Assembly: GCA_963722255.1 (NCBI GenBank)
Contig: CAVRJO010000001.1
Span: 224,001 to 288,000 of the forward strand
Reading direction: 5' to 3'
DNA: 64,000 bases
Source of the DNA: Candidatus Babeliales bacterium
GTDB lineage: Bacteria; Babelota; Babeliae; Babelales; JANWKD01
The first letter of the stretch is position 1; each line of letters begins with the position of its first letter. A program made the translations under genes and the position numbers. Of this stretch, positions 32,202 to 42,658 are shown piece after piece. Under the pieces are notes generated by a model. The model saw nothing but the letters and a program-made list of their open reading frames with translations. It searched no databases and was not told the origin of the DNA.

Positions 32202-32338
32202 ATCTACATGCAAATATTGCTTTGATGATCAATGGTAGCTAATTTACAAAGATACTTTTTGCCTTGAACTGTTTTCATGAATTAATAATTCGCTCATTTT
32301 TTTTTGGAAAATAATACTTACTTAGTATGCCATTATTT
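32193..32338 (-). repeat. Degenerate copy of the recJ 5' end and upstream region (direct repeat of ~31094-31236)
   Basis: Shared TTTTTGCCTTGAACTGTTTTCATGAAT, TTGATGATCAA and TTAGTATG.CATTATTT. Confidence 0.8.
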
Positions 32339-32513
32339 AAAAATTCTTAAAGAAACTACCCTTTAAAGGTATTTTTGCGTGTATAAAAAAATTAAGTAAA
32401 TGCCACGCATAAGTAAAGATTTAATTTTGTATTAATGTAGATAATTTTGTTTAAGAGTTTATAATTACCGTAGTAATCTAATCTACAATTTTTGCTCATG
32501 AAAGAATCTAGCT

Positions 32514-32795
32514 ATGACCATTTCTAAAACAATCAGCTTGGACAAAAAAATTATTTTCTTATTATCAATTTGCCTTATGCAAAGCTTACTTAAAGGCATG
32601 CATACTGAAGAAAAACTTTTGATAGATCCTGATAATAAAAATAAATATACGATGGAAATGGGAGCAGTTCCGGCTAAAAAAGATAACTTTGATTCATTAT
32701 GTAATTGTAGTGAATTTTCATGGTTATGTGATTGTAGCGAAAGACAACGAGCAAGCAATTTACTGTGCTGTTTGATCTTATGTTGTCCTCATTAA
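32514..32795 (+). CDS. Small hypothetical secreted protein with Cys-rich C-terminus
   Basis: Signal ending LKG|MHT; tail LLCCLILCCPH. Confidence 0.4.
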   Translation: MTISKTISLDKKIIFLLSICLMQSLLKGMHTEEKLLIDPDNKNKYTMEMGAVPAKKDNFDSLCNCSEFSWLCDCSERQRASNLLCCLILCCPH

Positions 32796-32854
32796 TTAGA
32801 GAAAATGGTATACTATTACCTATATAAAAAACTTTAAAACTAGTTGAATTGTTA

Positions 32855-33064
32855 ATGAAAAAGTTATCCATCGGTATAATAATTGAATTCAAAAAAGTCT
32901 CAACATTAGGCAATGAAACCATTGAAGCTACTGCACAGCGCGCATTAGAACAAATTAATGCTAAACAGTATGCACAAGAATTAACTTCATTAGGAATTAA
33001 ACAAATTAAAAAGCTTGGTATTGCATTTCAAGGCAAAAAACTTTTGGTTCTTGAAGGTAATTAA
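32855..33064 (+). pseudogene. Internally deleted AAA-ATPase-like/PD-(D/E)XK gene
   Basis: MKKLSIG joined directly to C-terminal IIIEFK...ALEQI..KQY...GIAFQGK. Confidence 0.7.
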
Positions 33065-33073
33065 TTTAATAAA

Positions 33074-33530
33074 TCAACAACTTTTTTCTTGTAATTTTTC
33101 TGCAACTTCTTTGTAATCAAATGGATCAGCAAACTGTTCCCAAATCACTTTGGGCAATTGTGCAAAAGTCTCTAAGTAAAGAGGATTTGCAGGCAATTGT
33201 TGCAAGGTGCCCTGCTTCTTGTGATGGTTTAAATATTTCAAAATTAACAATGTTGAGAGAGTAAAATCATTTTTAAGAGTAAGGAATGTATAAATACGTA
33301 TTGTTTTGTCTTTCGAACCTGAAGCAATCTTATCACCTTGAGGAGAAAAGCAAACTGTTTCGACAATATCGGTAGATTCTTTAAGCGTGTTAAGACATTT
33401 CCCGGTCTTTGCATCCCATATTTTTACCGTTCGATCCCAAGAACCCGATACAAGCTTTTTACCATTTGGGGAGTAGCGAACTGATTCAACCATATCAGTG
33501 TGGCCTTCTAAAGTAAAAAGGCATTTTTCA
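33074..33530 (-). pseudogene. 5'-truncated WD40-repeat protein
   Basis: TLEGHTDMVESVRYSPNGKKLVSGSWDRTVKIWD plus a second repeat; too few repeats for a propeller and no credible start. Confidence 0.7.
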
Positions 33531-33939
33531 CCGAGAACATGTACACTTGCACCACACATTTTTAAAAATAAAAAAGGAAGGGAAATAGATCTGCATACTT
33601 TTGCCGTTAACCCTTGCAAGCCTTATCAAGTTGTTCTTTGTACATTAGAAGGCAGAATTTTTTATTTGAATCTTAAAAATTGTTTAAAATCAAAGCAAGA
33701 AAAAAAAGCAAGATTTTTGATGAATGTAAATGAACTTCCCGATTCAATATGGTTTTATGGTACAAATTTATGTATAGGAAGTTGCGTTTATTCGATTGAA
33801 ACTGAAAACTACGCACTAGCTGATTTAGATTTGCGATTTTATAAGATCTAATTAACAGATGCATTGCATACCCAATAAATTCACTATAAGGAATTAGATG
33901 AATTCTTTAAAAATCAGCTTCTTGGCTCTATTATTATTA

Positions 33940-35078
33940 CAGGACTTCCGCAGAGTATTTAAAGATTTGATCTAGACGTATTTTTAAAAAATAATAGACT
34001 CTCCCAAAAAGCCTAATTCAAGGGAGAGCCTAAAATGATCATCGTTAATACTATAGCAACTTATCCATTTCTTACAATTCTTACAAATATTGGCAAACGA
34101 AGTTTTGAGAATATGGGTAGGGTAATCAAAAAAAGCGGAGATACCATTAGCCGAATGTTACGGCCAGGTCATGAAAGCCTTGAACAATCAAAAAAAATTG
34201 CACAACAAATTTTCGCTGATAAAAAAGAATTATTAGCAGTTATAGATGAAACGGCTATCAAAAAAATTCATTCTCAAATGATGGAAGGTACGGGATGGCT
34301 TTTTGATACTAAGATAGGCAGGTCGATTAATGCATACAAATTGATTATTGGTGCTATTTCTGATCGTAAGTTTGTTGTGCCTATAAATGCTGCTTTTACT
34401 TTTGGTAAGGAATTTTATACAAATCCAAGCGAAGCTTTAAGAATTACTGTACAACATTTCATTAATACCGCTCAAAAACTTTTCCCTAATACACGAATTA
34501 TTGCTGTTTTAGATGGTGCATATGCTACTGTAAAGTATCTACAATGGGCTATTGAAAATAACATTGAAACTGAAGTGCGCATGCATAGTAATCGTGTTGT
34601 TGAGTACAAAGGAAAAAAGAAAAAGCTGCGTGAAATTAAAGAAATACGTCCAAAAGGCCGCCAAATGGCTCGAACTGTACAAGTTATTTGGCGCGGCCTT
34701 TCTTTATATATTACCGCTGTAAGGCGCATTGATAAGCATGGCAATGAAACAATTGTTTACCAAGCAGCAACCTATAAAGCTACTCCAAAACAACATGCTA
34801 TGAATTATAAAAAGCGATGGGGCATAGAGAAATTAAATAGAACTACTAAGCAAAGTTTAGGTTTACAGGAATGTTTTTCTCGAAAAATAGTTACACAATA
34901 TGACCATATTTGTGCCGTGCTTTTAGCATATTCTCTCGTTCAATTGGAAATGAAAAAAAATGGTTATAAAAACGCAGAAACCGCTATCAGAGCTCTTAAG
35001 AAAAAAAATCCTGCTTTTTTAAATCGATGCATTACGGCTCTAGATCAAAACAATGCTAGTGTTTATGCGTAATTCCTG
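33940..35078 (+). mobile_element. Complete insertion sequence (IS701/IS4-like DDE)
   Basis: Terminal IRs CAGGACTTCCGCA and CAGGAATTACGCA (reverse complement), flanked by TTATTA on both sides. Confidence 0.88.
34035..35072 (+). CDS. DDE transposase
   Basis: AVIDET, VLDGAY, YKKRWGIE...KQSLGL. Confidence 0.9.
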   Translation: MIIVNTIATYPFLTILTNIGKRSFENMGRVIKKSGDTISRMLRPGHESLEQSKKIAQQIFADKKELLAVIDETAIKKIHSQMMEGTGWLFDTKIGRSINAYKLIIGAISDRKFVVPINAAFTFGKEFYTNPSEALRITVQHFINTAQKLFPNTRIIAVLDGAYATVKYLQWAIENNIETEVRMHSNRVVEYKGKKKKLREIKEIRPKGRQMARTVQVIWRGLSLYITAVRRIDKHGNETIVYQAATYKATPKQHAMNYKKRWGIEKLNRTTKQSLGLQECFSRKIVTQYDHICAVLLAYSLVQLEMKKNGYKNAETAIRALKKKNPAFLNRCITALDQNNASVYA

Positions 35079-35306
35079 TTATTAGGAAATTATTCCTTAC
35101 CAATCTACGGAATGGATGCTCAGGAAAATAAATAAACAATGTTCTTGGTTACAATAGCCACTATGTTATGCATCAGAATATATCAATTTGTGTCAGTTAT
35201 TTTTATTTGTCATTAAAAACAAAACATCACAATCATTTTTGTTTTTTAAGCAAAAAAATGATACTATTAAAGCATAATTAGATTTCTACGTTTACATGGA
35301 GAAGCT

Positions 35307-35951
35307 ATGTTTATTTCACAATGCAGATTAATTCTTCTTATCATATTAGCGAGTTATGCATCCTCAACCTATGGCATGGAGCGCAAAAATAATGCTCTAA
35401 GCGCAAAAAGATTCATTGTCGGCCTTTGTGCAACTACACTAGGGGCTTTGAGCCTCTATGATCAACTACATAATGAAAAATATTCATGGAAACGATCATT
35501 CTTTACAGGAAGCTGTTTATTAACCGGGTTAATAAGTTTATTTGGTAAGTGTAATGTAGCAGGATTCAAAGTTACTCCTCCAACCACTACAAGCTTTACT
35601 CGCACCGAAACATCTTATCAACAAGGTGATCATTGGGTTACCTTTGTTACGCAAGAAGGTGACATACCCCAAACCAATGAAGACCAGCCATCCGAAGCGC
35701 CTTTTGATTTATCAAGCCTTCGTCAATATGAGCCTTACTTACGCGATATGCGACCAACGAGACCCACACAACCACAACGACCCCATGCTTTTATTCCACC
35801 AATGTCTCCTATCATGCCAATGTCTCCCGTCGCACCTTTTGCGCCGTTTTTCACGTTTGATAATAATGGCGAAGAACAATATACACGAAGAACCAGAAGG
35901 CATCGCCAAACAATACCAGGGAACTTTAGTATAAGCTGTACACTTTTTTAA
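35307..35951 (+). CDS. Hypothetical secreted protein with two-helix anchor and Pro-rich tail
   Basis: Signal ending TYG|MER; hydrophobic hairpin similar to 52574/53540 proteins. Confidence 0.6.
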   Translation: MFISQCRLILLIILASYASSTYGMERKNNALSAKRFIVGLCATTLGALSLYDQLHNEKYSWKRSFFTGSCLLTGLISLFGKCNVAGFKVTPPTTTSFTRTETSYQQGDHWVTFVTQEGDIPQTNEDQPSEAPFDLSSLRQYEPYLRDMRPTRPTQPQRPHAFIPPMSPIMPMSPVAPFAPFFTFDNNGEEQYTRRTRRHRQTIPGNFSISCTLF

Positions 35952-35966
35952 TAAACAACACACTGG

Positions 35967-36983
35967 ATGTCCATGTATAATCTCTATATACCTACTCTTT
36001 GTTCGCTGCTCAATCTAGGAAGCATAAACGGTCCGATCATTCCCGTATATGGCGGATTATTAAATGCAATGTGGCATGTTGTAACAGACTCGAGAGAATA
36101 TGCAATTAAAGAGTTAAACCCTACGGTAATGGCGCGACCTGATGCTTTGAATAATTATGAAATAAGCGAAAAAATCGCCAAGATATTTTTTGATGCAGGA
36201 ATTCCGGCATTAACCTGCATCACCTACAAAAATAATGCCGTTATTAAACTTGATGAAAAATATTTTATTGTTTACCCCTGGATTGAAGGTAGTGTACTTA
36301 AACCTAATGATCTCAGTAAAGAGCATGGTGAAAAAATAGGTGCAATTCTGGCTAAAATGCATCGCTTAGCAATCTGCGTGCCAGAACTTAATAAACTACA
36401 ATTCAATGATCTTCTTGCAAATATGCATACTGATGACTATTGCTCAAATCTTTTAGATGCTGCATGCAAAACCACTCTTTCTTTTGCAAACGATGTAAGC
36501 GGACTGCGCAATCAAATAATAATCTTGTACCAAACCTATAAAGAATCGATACATCTTTTAAACAACACAGTAGTCATAAGCCATGGAGATCTTGACCCGC
36601 GAAATGTTTTATGGACTCATAATAACAATCCCATAATAATTGATTGGGAAGCTGCTCGTACCATAAATCCTACACAAGAAGCTCTTTCTGTAGCACTTGA
36701 TTGGAGCGGATTGCAAGTCGGTGTGATTAATTTTGAAACTTTTAATGCTCTTTTAAAGGCATATGAAAATGCCGGCGGCATCTTAGATAAAAATAGTAGT
36801 GAACTTGCCTTCGATTGTCTTATTGGTAATTGGTTAAATTGGCTCTTTTATAACATCGAACGAAGCTTCAATACGACTATTCATGAAGATGAACGCAGTT
36901 TAGGAATTGATGAGGTACAAAAATCATTAAACATTCTAAAATTTTTGGTAGATAATAAAAAAAGAATTATTGAAGCTTTATAA
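35967..36983 (+). CDS. Aminoglycoside phosphotransferase/choline kinase-like protein
   Basis: YAIKEL, LAKMH, HGDLDPRNVLW, IIDWE. Confidence 0.8.
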   Translation: MSMYNLYIPTLCSLLNLGSINGPIIPVYGGLLNAMWHVVTDSREYAIKELNPTVMARPDALNNYEISEKIAKIFFDAGIPALTCITYKNNAVIKLDEKYFIVYPWIEGSVLKPNDLSKEHGEKIGAILAKMHRLAICVPELNKLQFNDLLANMHTDDYCSNLLDAACKTTLSFANDVSGLRNQIIILYQTYKESIHLLNNTVVISHGDLDPRNVLWTHNNNPIIIDWEAARTINPTQEALSVALDWSGLQVGVINFETFNALLKAYENAGGILDKNSSELAFDCLIGNWLNWLFYNIERSFNTTIHEDERSLGIDEVQKSLNILKFLVDNKKRIIEAL

Positions 36984-36995
36984 AAAAGGACCTCG

Positions 36996-38063
36996 ATGTA
37001 CAAAAAAATATTACTACTTTTCTTACTCTATACTACCTTTACCTCTCATGCACACTTTGATCTTTTTTCAGAACCTGCTTTATTGAGCAAAGAAGAGTTC
37101 TTTCAAAATCAATAAAGCTCTTCTTTAGAGATGAACTTTATTTTTAATAATCAAAGCGATTGTAACAACAGGCAAGAACTTTGTTTTTTTTATAAAAATA
37201 GTAGGACATATCTGTTATTCAAATTTTATGGTCCTCTGCACAATCTTCCTTGCCAAATACAAGAAAAGTTTATTCAAACAACAGTTGAATCCGTTGATGG
37301 CGGCACTCTATTGTCTCTTTATGGATTCCCTTCTATTGATAATGAAAAACCTCTCTGCGAAAGTGCATTATTTACTGGAGATTATCATATTCATGAACCA
37401 CGAATCATTGCTGAGCAAGAAGCATCTCTTGTAAAAGAATGCGCTCCTGAAGATCTTGTTCCAATCCTACAAACAAAAAAACTACTTTTTTATACCGGTG
37501 CAGGAATCTCCGCCGAAGTTGTTCCAGCAATGGATCCATTGGTTGCATCATTAGGCCTTTCCTCGGTTACCGGTAAAGAAATGGTCGATACTTTTATCAT
37601 TGATCTAGTAACTAATCCTCAGCACTATGTTAAGGTGATGGATGCGTTTTATACGTCCTGCTTTTATGGTGAACCAACCTCTGCTCATTATGCTCTAACT
37701 GCATTAGCACACTCTACCAAAAGTAAAATTATCACTGAAAATCTAGATTTTTTGCATATGAATACCGGCATTGAAGTTCCTGTTGCAGAAGCCGAATGGA
37801 TTCTTTCTAACATTGATCCGCACGATTTAAAAAAAATTGATGCTTTAATTTGTATAGGTCTTAAATGGGATGAACGAGGCTTTTTGGGATGGTATAAACA
37901 CCACAATCCTACTGGCATTATTATTGCTCTTAATCTTGAAAAACCATGCTATTTAGGAACGAATGATCTTTTTATTCGCGGAGATGCTCAGAAGATACTG
38001 CCTCATATTTCAGTTCTTCTAGAGAAAGCATCTGCATTGTATAAGCCGTTTGTGCTGAAATAA
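36996..38063 (+). pseudogene. Signal-peptide-bearing Sir2 (sirtuin)-like protein interrupted by in-frame TAA at 37113-37115
   Basis: AGGA RBS + MYKKILLLFLLYTTFTSHA in the same frame as ORF 37131; FYTGAGIS, PTSAH.AL, ITENLD.LH. Confidence 0.65.
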
Positions 38064-38250
38064 TAACAACTAATAGTATAAAAAACTTAAAAATTTTAAT
38101 ATTCATGACTTATCCTTATTCCATGATGCTTATCAATTTTTCAAACACAATAAAACATTGTTTTGAGATTTTAGCAATTAACTTGTAAACCAATCAATTG
38201 TTGTTACAATAAAGACAGATTAACATTCATTAACCCATCAGGAGCATCTT

Positions 38251-38526
38251 ATGAAATTTTCAAAATTACTATACATAACTATAGCGAGCGCTTCACTAAC
38301 CGGAATATCTTTCAATGCTAATGCATGTCTTTCAAGAGCAATGCTCGAAGAATATGAAAGCAAAAAAACACAGCAGCATAAACCTACAACTAATGCAACA
38401 AACAGCAACCAAAAAGTCAAAGAACAAAAAGCAGAAGTTGTACTCGCTTCACAGCAACCAACGCAAGAATATCGGCCAAAAACATCAGGATCAGCGTTTA
38501 TTTTTCATTCAAAAGAAACAATGTAA
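38251..38526 (+). CDS. Small hypothetical secreted protein
   Basis: AGGAG RBS; signal peptide ending ANA. Confidence 0.5.
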   Translation: MKFSKLLYITIASASLTGISFNANACLSRAMLEEYESKKTQQHKPTTNATNSNQKVKEQKAEVVLASQQPTQEYRPKTSGSAFIFHSKETM

Positions 38527-38584
38527 TTTTGAAAAATAGTTTTTTGTATCAAAAATAATTTTAATCACATGAAGGAACTTTCTT

Positions 38585-39346
38585 ATGAACAACTTATTCT
38601 ATACCCTTACAATTAGTTTGTTTTTTTCATCAACTTTACTCAGTATGGAGGAACCTAAATTACTCATAGAGCAAAAATATGTAGAAAAGACATCGTATTT
38701 TCTTAATTTTAATACTTTTGCTTATTTTTTTACAAGAAAGCTCCCAGACAGAATAATGGATCAGAGCAATCTCAAAAGTTATAAAGACAGAATTGATAGC
38801 TTAAAAGAAACCCTGAAACAATCCCCTGATCAACTTTTCAGGACAATCCGAGATTTACCAAATAGTGATCCTTTCTGTACAACATGTGAAGCATTGGGAA
38901 TTTGGGAAGAATTCAGCAACCTTGCCTATGGATATTGCATAGAAAAAGAAGGCCACTACGTTGCAAAAACCTTTGATGCTCTAAAAAAATTGCGTTTAGA
39001 TTATGAAAAAACTAACAACGCCGATACACCTGGTTATTCTGAACAAAAAAAGGTTACAATAGAAAGAAAAATTGAAAAAATTGATACCTGGTATCATAAG
39101 TTACAAGAATCACCCGAAGAAATATCCGATGTTTTAAAAGAAATTGCTGATTACTTTGGAGAAGCACATGAGGCATGCATAAAATTTTTAAATATTAATA
39201 TTAAACAGTGTGAAAATGAAGAACAAAGAAAAATATTACCAATCTTACAAACAATTGGTACCTCATTGAATACGTTGCTTAATTTAAGAATCAGCTATCT
39301 AATGACGGCACTTAATATGGCTACAAACAAAGTTTTAGAAAATTAA
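38585..39346 (+). CDS. Hypothetical secreted helical protein
   Basis: AAGGA RBS; signal ending LLS|MEE. Confidence 0.6.
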   Translation: MNNLFYTLTISLFFSSTLLSMEEPKLLIEQKYVEKTSYFLNFNTFAYFFTRKLPDRIMDQSNLKSYKDRIDSLKETLKQSPDQLFRTIRDLPNSDPFCTTCEALGIWEEFSNLAYGYCIEKEGHYVAKTFDALKKLRLDYEKTNNADTPGYSEQKKVTIERKIEKIDTWYHKLQESPEEISDVLKEIADYFGEAHEACIKFLNINIKQCENEEQRKILPILQTIGTSLNTLLNLRISYLMTALNMATNKVLEN

Positions 39347-39364
39347 GTTTAAACGCTCTTTAAT

Positions 39365-39392
39365 GGCTACCGTACATTCTAAGACGGTAGCC
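39365..39392. terminator. Hairpin between convergent genes
   Basis: GGCTACCGT / ACGGTAGCC. Confidence 0.5.
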
Positions 39393-39419
39393 TATGACAA
39401 TATAAATTCGTTCAAATTT

Positions 39420-40610
39420 TTATTTTTCTTCTCGCAATTTATTAATTAGTGTTCCCGATGATTGCCAACTAATAACCTTTGCATAAGGCCACGGCTGATC
39501 CTCTGACCCACCATAAATAAGGTATCGTGGTGCTTCAGGATGGTCGGTTATGCTTTTCCAATGCTCAAGTTCTTTAAAAAAATCTGTTGCTATAGTCTTA
39601 CCCGATTTAATTTCTACGGCTATTGGGTATTTTGATTCGTCTATAATACAATCAATTTCATGTTGTGTCTGATCGCGCCAAAAATAGAGGCCTGGTTGTT
39701 GTTCTATGTTATATTGCTGCTTCAATAAATCAGAAATAATAAATGATTCAAAAAGTCCACCACGCAAATAATGATCAAGGATATTTTCAGCCGATGGAAT
39801 TTTTAATAACGAGCAAGCTATTCCCGTGTCTATAAAATAAAGCTTTGGAGCCTTAACCACTCTTTTACCAAAATTTTTATAAAAGGGATACAAGAGGAAG
39901 ATCACGTAACTTGCTTCAAGCAGTGATATCCATGCTTTGGCTGTATTCTGATTGATACCGCAATCATTTCCCAATGAAGTTAAATTAAGTTCACGCCCTA
40001 TCCTCCCTGCACACAAGTGCATAAATTTCTGGAATGTATTTAAGTCAGCAACATTCCTAATTTGGCGCACATCTCGTTCTACATACAATCGAAGATAATT
40101 GCTATACATTCGCTCTATAGAAATTTTTTCTGCATGTGCTCTTGGATACGAACCTTTATATAGTATAGTCTCAATTTTGGCAGGCAATAAACTAGCAGAT
40201 TCAAGCTCGCTTATTGATAATGGTAACAATGTTAATACGGCCATACGGCCTGCTAAAGTTTGCGTTATTGCTTCATCAACCAAAAAATTTTGTGATCCGG
40301 TGACAATAAAATAACCTTTCTTTTTTTCCCTATCTACAATTGTTTGCATATACGAAAGAAGAGATGGCACATGTTGAATCTCATCAAGAATTATTCCCGA
40401 TTCAGTTGGGTAATCTGTTAAAAACTTTCGAGGATCGGCCTGAGCAATGGCTCGCAAGTCATAATCCTCCAATGATATATATTTATGATTGGGAAATACC
40501 GTTTGTGACAAGGTTGTTTTTCCAGACTGGCGAGGTCCAACGATAGCAATAACGGGATACTCCAAGGAAGCTTCAAGCACTCTTGATTGCAAAGCTCTTT
40601 TTATTAACAT
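39420..40610 (-). CDS. AAA_14 ATPase with DUF4143 domain
   Basis: GPRQSGKTT, LDEIQ, TGSQ...LAGR, PKLYFIDTG, YFWRD..EID..EIKSG. Confidence 0.85.
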   Translation of the reverse strand: MLIKRALQSRVLEASLEYPVIAIVGPRQSGKTTLSQTVFPNHKYISLEDYDLRAIAQADPRKFLTDYPTESGIILDEIQHVPSLLSYMQTIVDREKKKGYFIVTGSQNFLVDEAITQTLAGRMAVLTLLPLSISELESASLLPAKIETILYKGSYPRAHAEKISIERMYSNYLRLYVERDVRQIRNVADLNTFQKFMHLCAGRIGRELNLTSLGNDCGINQNTAKAWISLLEASYVIFLLYPFYKNFGKRVVKAPKLYFIDTGIACSLLKIPSAENILDHYLRGGLFESFIISDLLKQQYNIEQQPGLYFWRDQTQHEIDCIIDESKYPIAVEIKSGKTIATDFFKELEHWKSITDHPEAPRYLIYGGSEDQPWPYAKVISWQSSGTLINKLREEK

Positions 40611-40731
40611 GTTTTTCCTAGTTTTTTTGACAAATTAAGAATTGAATCATGGATCTGTCAAAAAATATACCATAAAAACAGGAGAGAAGGCAAAAAATGT
40701 CAATTATCGTTTTCCATCAAATTTCAATCTA

Positions 40732-41091
40732 TTAATTTTGTTCATAGCGCCCCATCTTTATATCTAATTGCCAAGTTTTACAAAATTTTTTCAATTGAGC
40801 GCGCGCTTCTTCAACACTGCTATTGAACGCCCGGTAAAGATTTTTTAAATCTTCTTCAAGTTTTTCATTTCCCTGTGCCATCTCTTTCCAATCCCTACTT
40901 ATAATTCCCATTTCAAGGACAAACATGCAATAAAGATCTTCTTCAATATCACGCGTTAATTTTTGCCTATCTAGGGCATACTTCCCTTGTTCTGCTTGAA
41001 GAGGTAAACTTTTTTTTGCATAAAGCATTCCACTATACCCGCAAAGCGAAATGTATATGAAGGTCATAAAAAGTGACTTTTGAATAAGCAT
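40732..41091 (-). CDS. Hypothetical secreted protein
   Basis: GAAGGA RBS before ATG 41091; hydrophobic N-terminus ending LYA. Confidence 0.45.
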   Translation of the reverse strand: MLIQKSLFMTFIYISLCGYSGMLYAKKSLPLQAEQGKYALDRQKLTRDIEEDLYCMFVLEMGIISRDWKEMAQGNEKLEEDLKNLYRAFNSSVEEARAQLKKFCKTWQLDIKMGRYEQN

Positions 41092-41398
41092 CGAATTTTC
41101 CTTCCATTTATTGAGAATAATTACACTATCATAGTTTATAACAATCACTTTTTTTATCAATTGCATCGCAGTTTCATACTATTATACTAGTAGTTTTTAT
41201 ACATTATTTCCTATTTGGATTTTTTAAACTATATGATAGGTCATTTAGCGTTTAGTCATACTATATGTTAAATGCACTTAACATTTGGTTTAAAATCTCG
41301 AATGTAAGAAATCATCAAAAATATAGTTTAATTGATTTTCATACATCAAATTAAGTAATTTTATCATTGTTGATTCATCTAAAAAAAAGGGGCCTATT

Positions 41399-42613
41399 AT
41401 GAAGCATATTCTATATTACTTTATTCTGACTAGTGCATTTGCTTGTGCACCGCTCATTGCTCAAAGAAAATTTAACAATACCCAAAAACCAATCCGCGAT
41501 TTTGAATTTAACCTTAAAGATCTAGTTCCTATTAAAACCTTTGATTTCCAGCTCAAAGAGCTTACTCCCGCTAAAGCATTTTCTCACATCAAGGATCTTT
41601 CTCCTGAGACCCTCTTAACCTATTTGCCTCCTGTCCCCCAAGTTTTGAAACAAACAATCGACAATTGGAGACGCCAGTTTTATACCAAAAATAAATTTGA
41701 TATTTTAGAAAAACTCAATGAAATTTCTTCTTTTAAAAGTGATTATGAAGATAAAATAAAGCTTCTAAAAAAATATAAAATTAACTACAAAGAATCAGCT
41801 GGAAACTTCATCATACCTGTTCCCGGAACCAATTTTTTAATAAAAATAGCAGGCACCAGCAACAAACGCTTTAATTATGCTGCCAATGATTGGACAAATA
41901 TGATGAATCCTATTAATAATAAAATTGGCCCAAAACTCTCAAAAGACCCAAATTCTGAAGAATTCAAAAAAGGATTAGAAGAATGGTACGCGCTTTGGCA
42001 AGATATTTATACTAAATACAAACAAAATCCCGTCCCCTTTTATCAAACGGTAAGTAGAGCAGAACGTTACATGCTCATTCAAAAAGCAATGGATTTTCAT
42101 AAGATAAAAAATATAAAACTTCCAAAACTGTATCTTGTACCCTTTAATGACAAAATAACCTCACCAGTTTCTGATGAAACCTATTTTGTTATTGAAGAAG
42201 CGCCCGGTAAAGATATTGAAATGATTACTAAAGAAAATTTTAAAAACATACCTCCTGAAACCATTAAAGATCTTCTTATGGTTTGCAAAGAAGGTTATCT
42301 CTGGAATGTGCCTTTTGGTGATAAAATTGGTTTAGCACCCGATAAAAAAACACTGATCTTATATGATTTAGAACAACCAAATCGTTTTAGCACCAATGGT
42401 GCATTTTTAAAAGATCGTTCTAATTATGAACTTTTTGCTTTACAGGGAATTGGGCTTATCATTCAAGCAATAAAGGATTACGGAACTAAAGCGCAGCTTG
42501 ATGCAGCTTCTGAATTTATTAAAAAAGATGAAGCCTGGACCACAGAACCAAAAATAGAAGAGTTTCATGGATATAGTGGCTATAAAAGTAAAATTGATCT
42601 ACAAAAAAAATAA
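41399..42613 (+). CDS. Secreted hypothetical protein, possible divergent kinase-like fold
   Basis: Signal peptide; FLIKI, LPKLY, YFVIEE and ILYDLE occur in kinase-like order. Confidence 0.5.
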   Translation: MKHILYYFILTSAFACAPLIAQRKFNNTQKPIRDFEFNLKDLVPIKTFDFQLKELTPAKAFSHIKDLSPETLLTYLPPVPQVLKQTIDNWRRQFYTKNKFDILEKLNEISSFKSDYEDKIKLLKKYKINYKESAGNFIIPVPGTNFLIKIAGTSNKRFNYAANDWTNMMNPINNKIGPKLSKDPNSEEFKKGLEEWYALWQDIYTKYKQNPVPFYQTVSRAERYMLIQKAMDFHKIKNIKLPKLYLVPFNDKITSPVSDETYFVIEEAPGKDIEMITKENFKNIPPETIKDLLMVCKEGYLWNVPFGDKIGLAPDKKTLILYDLEQPNRFSTNGAFLKDRSNYELFALQGIGLIIQAIKDYGTKAQLDAASEFIKKDEAWTTEPKIEEFHGYSGYKSKIDLQKK

Positions 42614-42658
42614 CAATATTGGTCGAGAGAACATTTAAAAGTTCTCTCGACTATCAAT

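Noticed and set aside
33498..33851. 117-aa plus ORF
   Set aside because: Overlaps the WD40 relic on the opposite strand; no RBS or motif. It may be another relic but cannot be supported.
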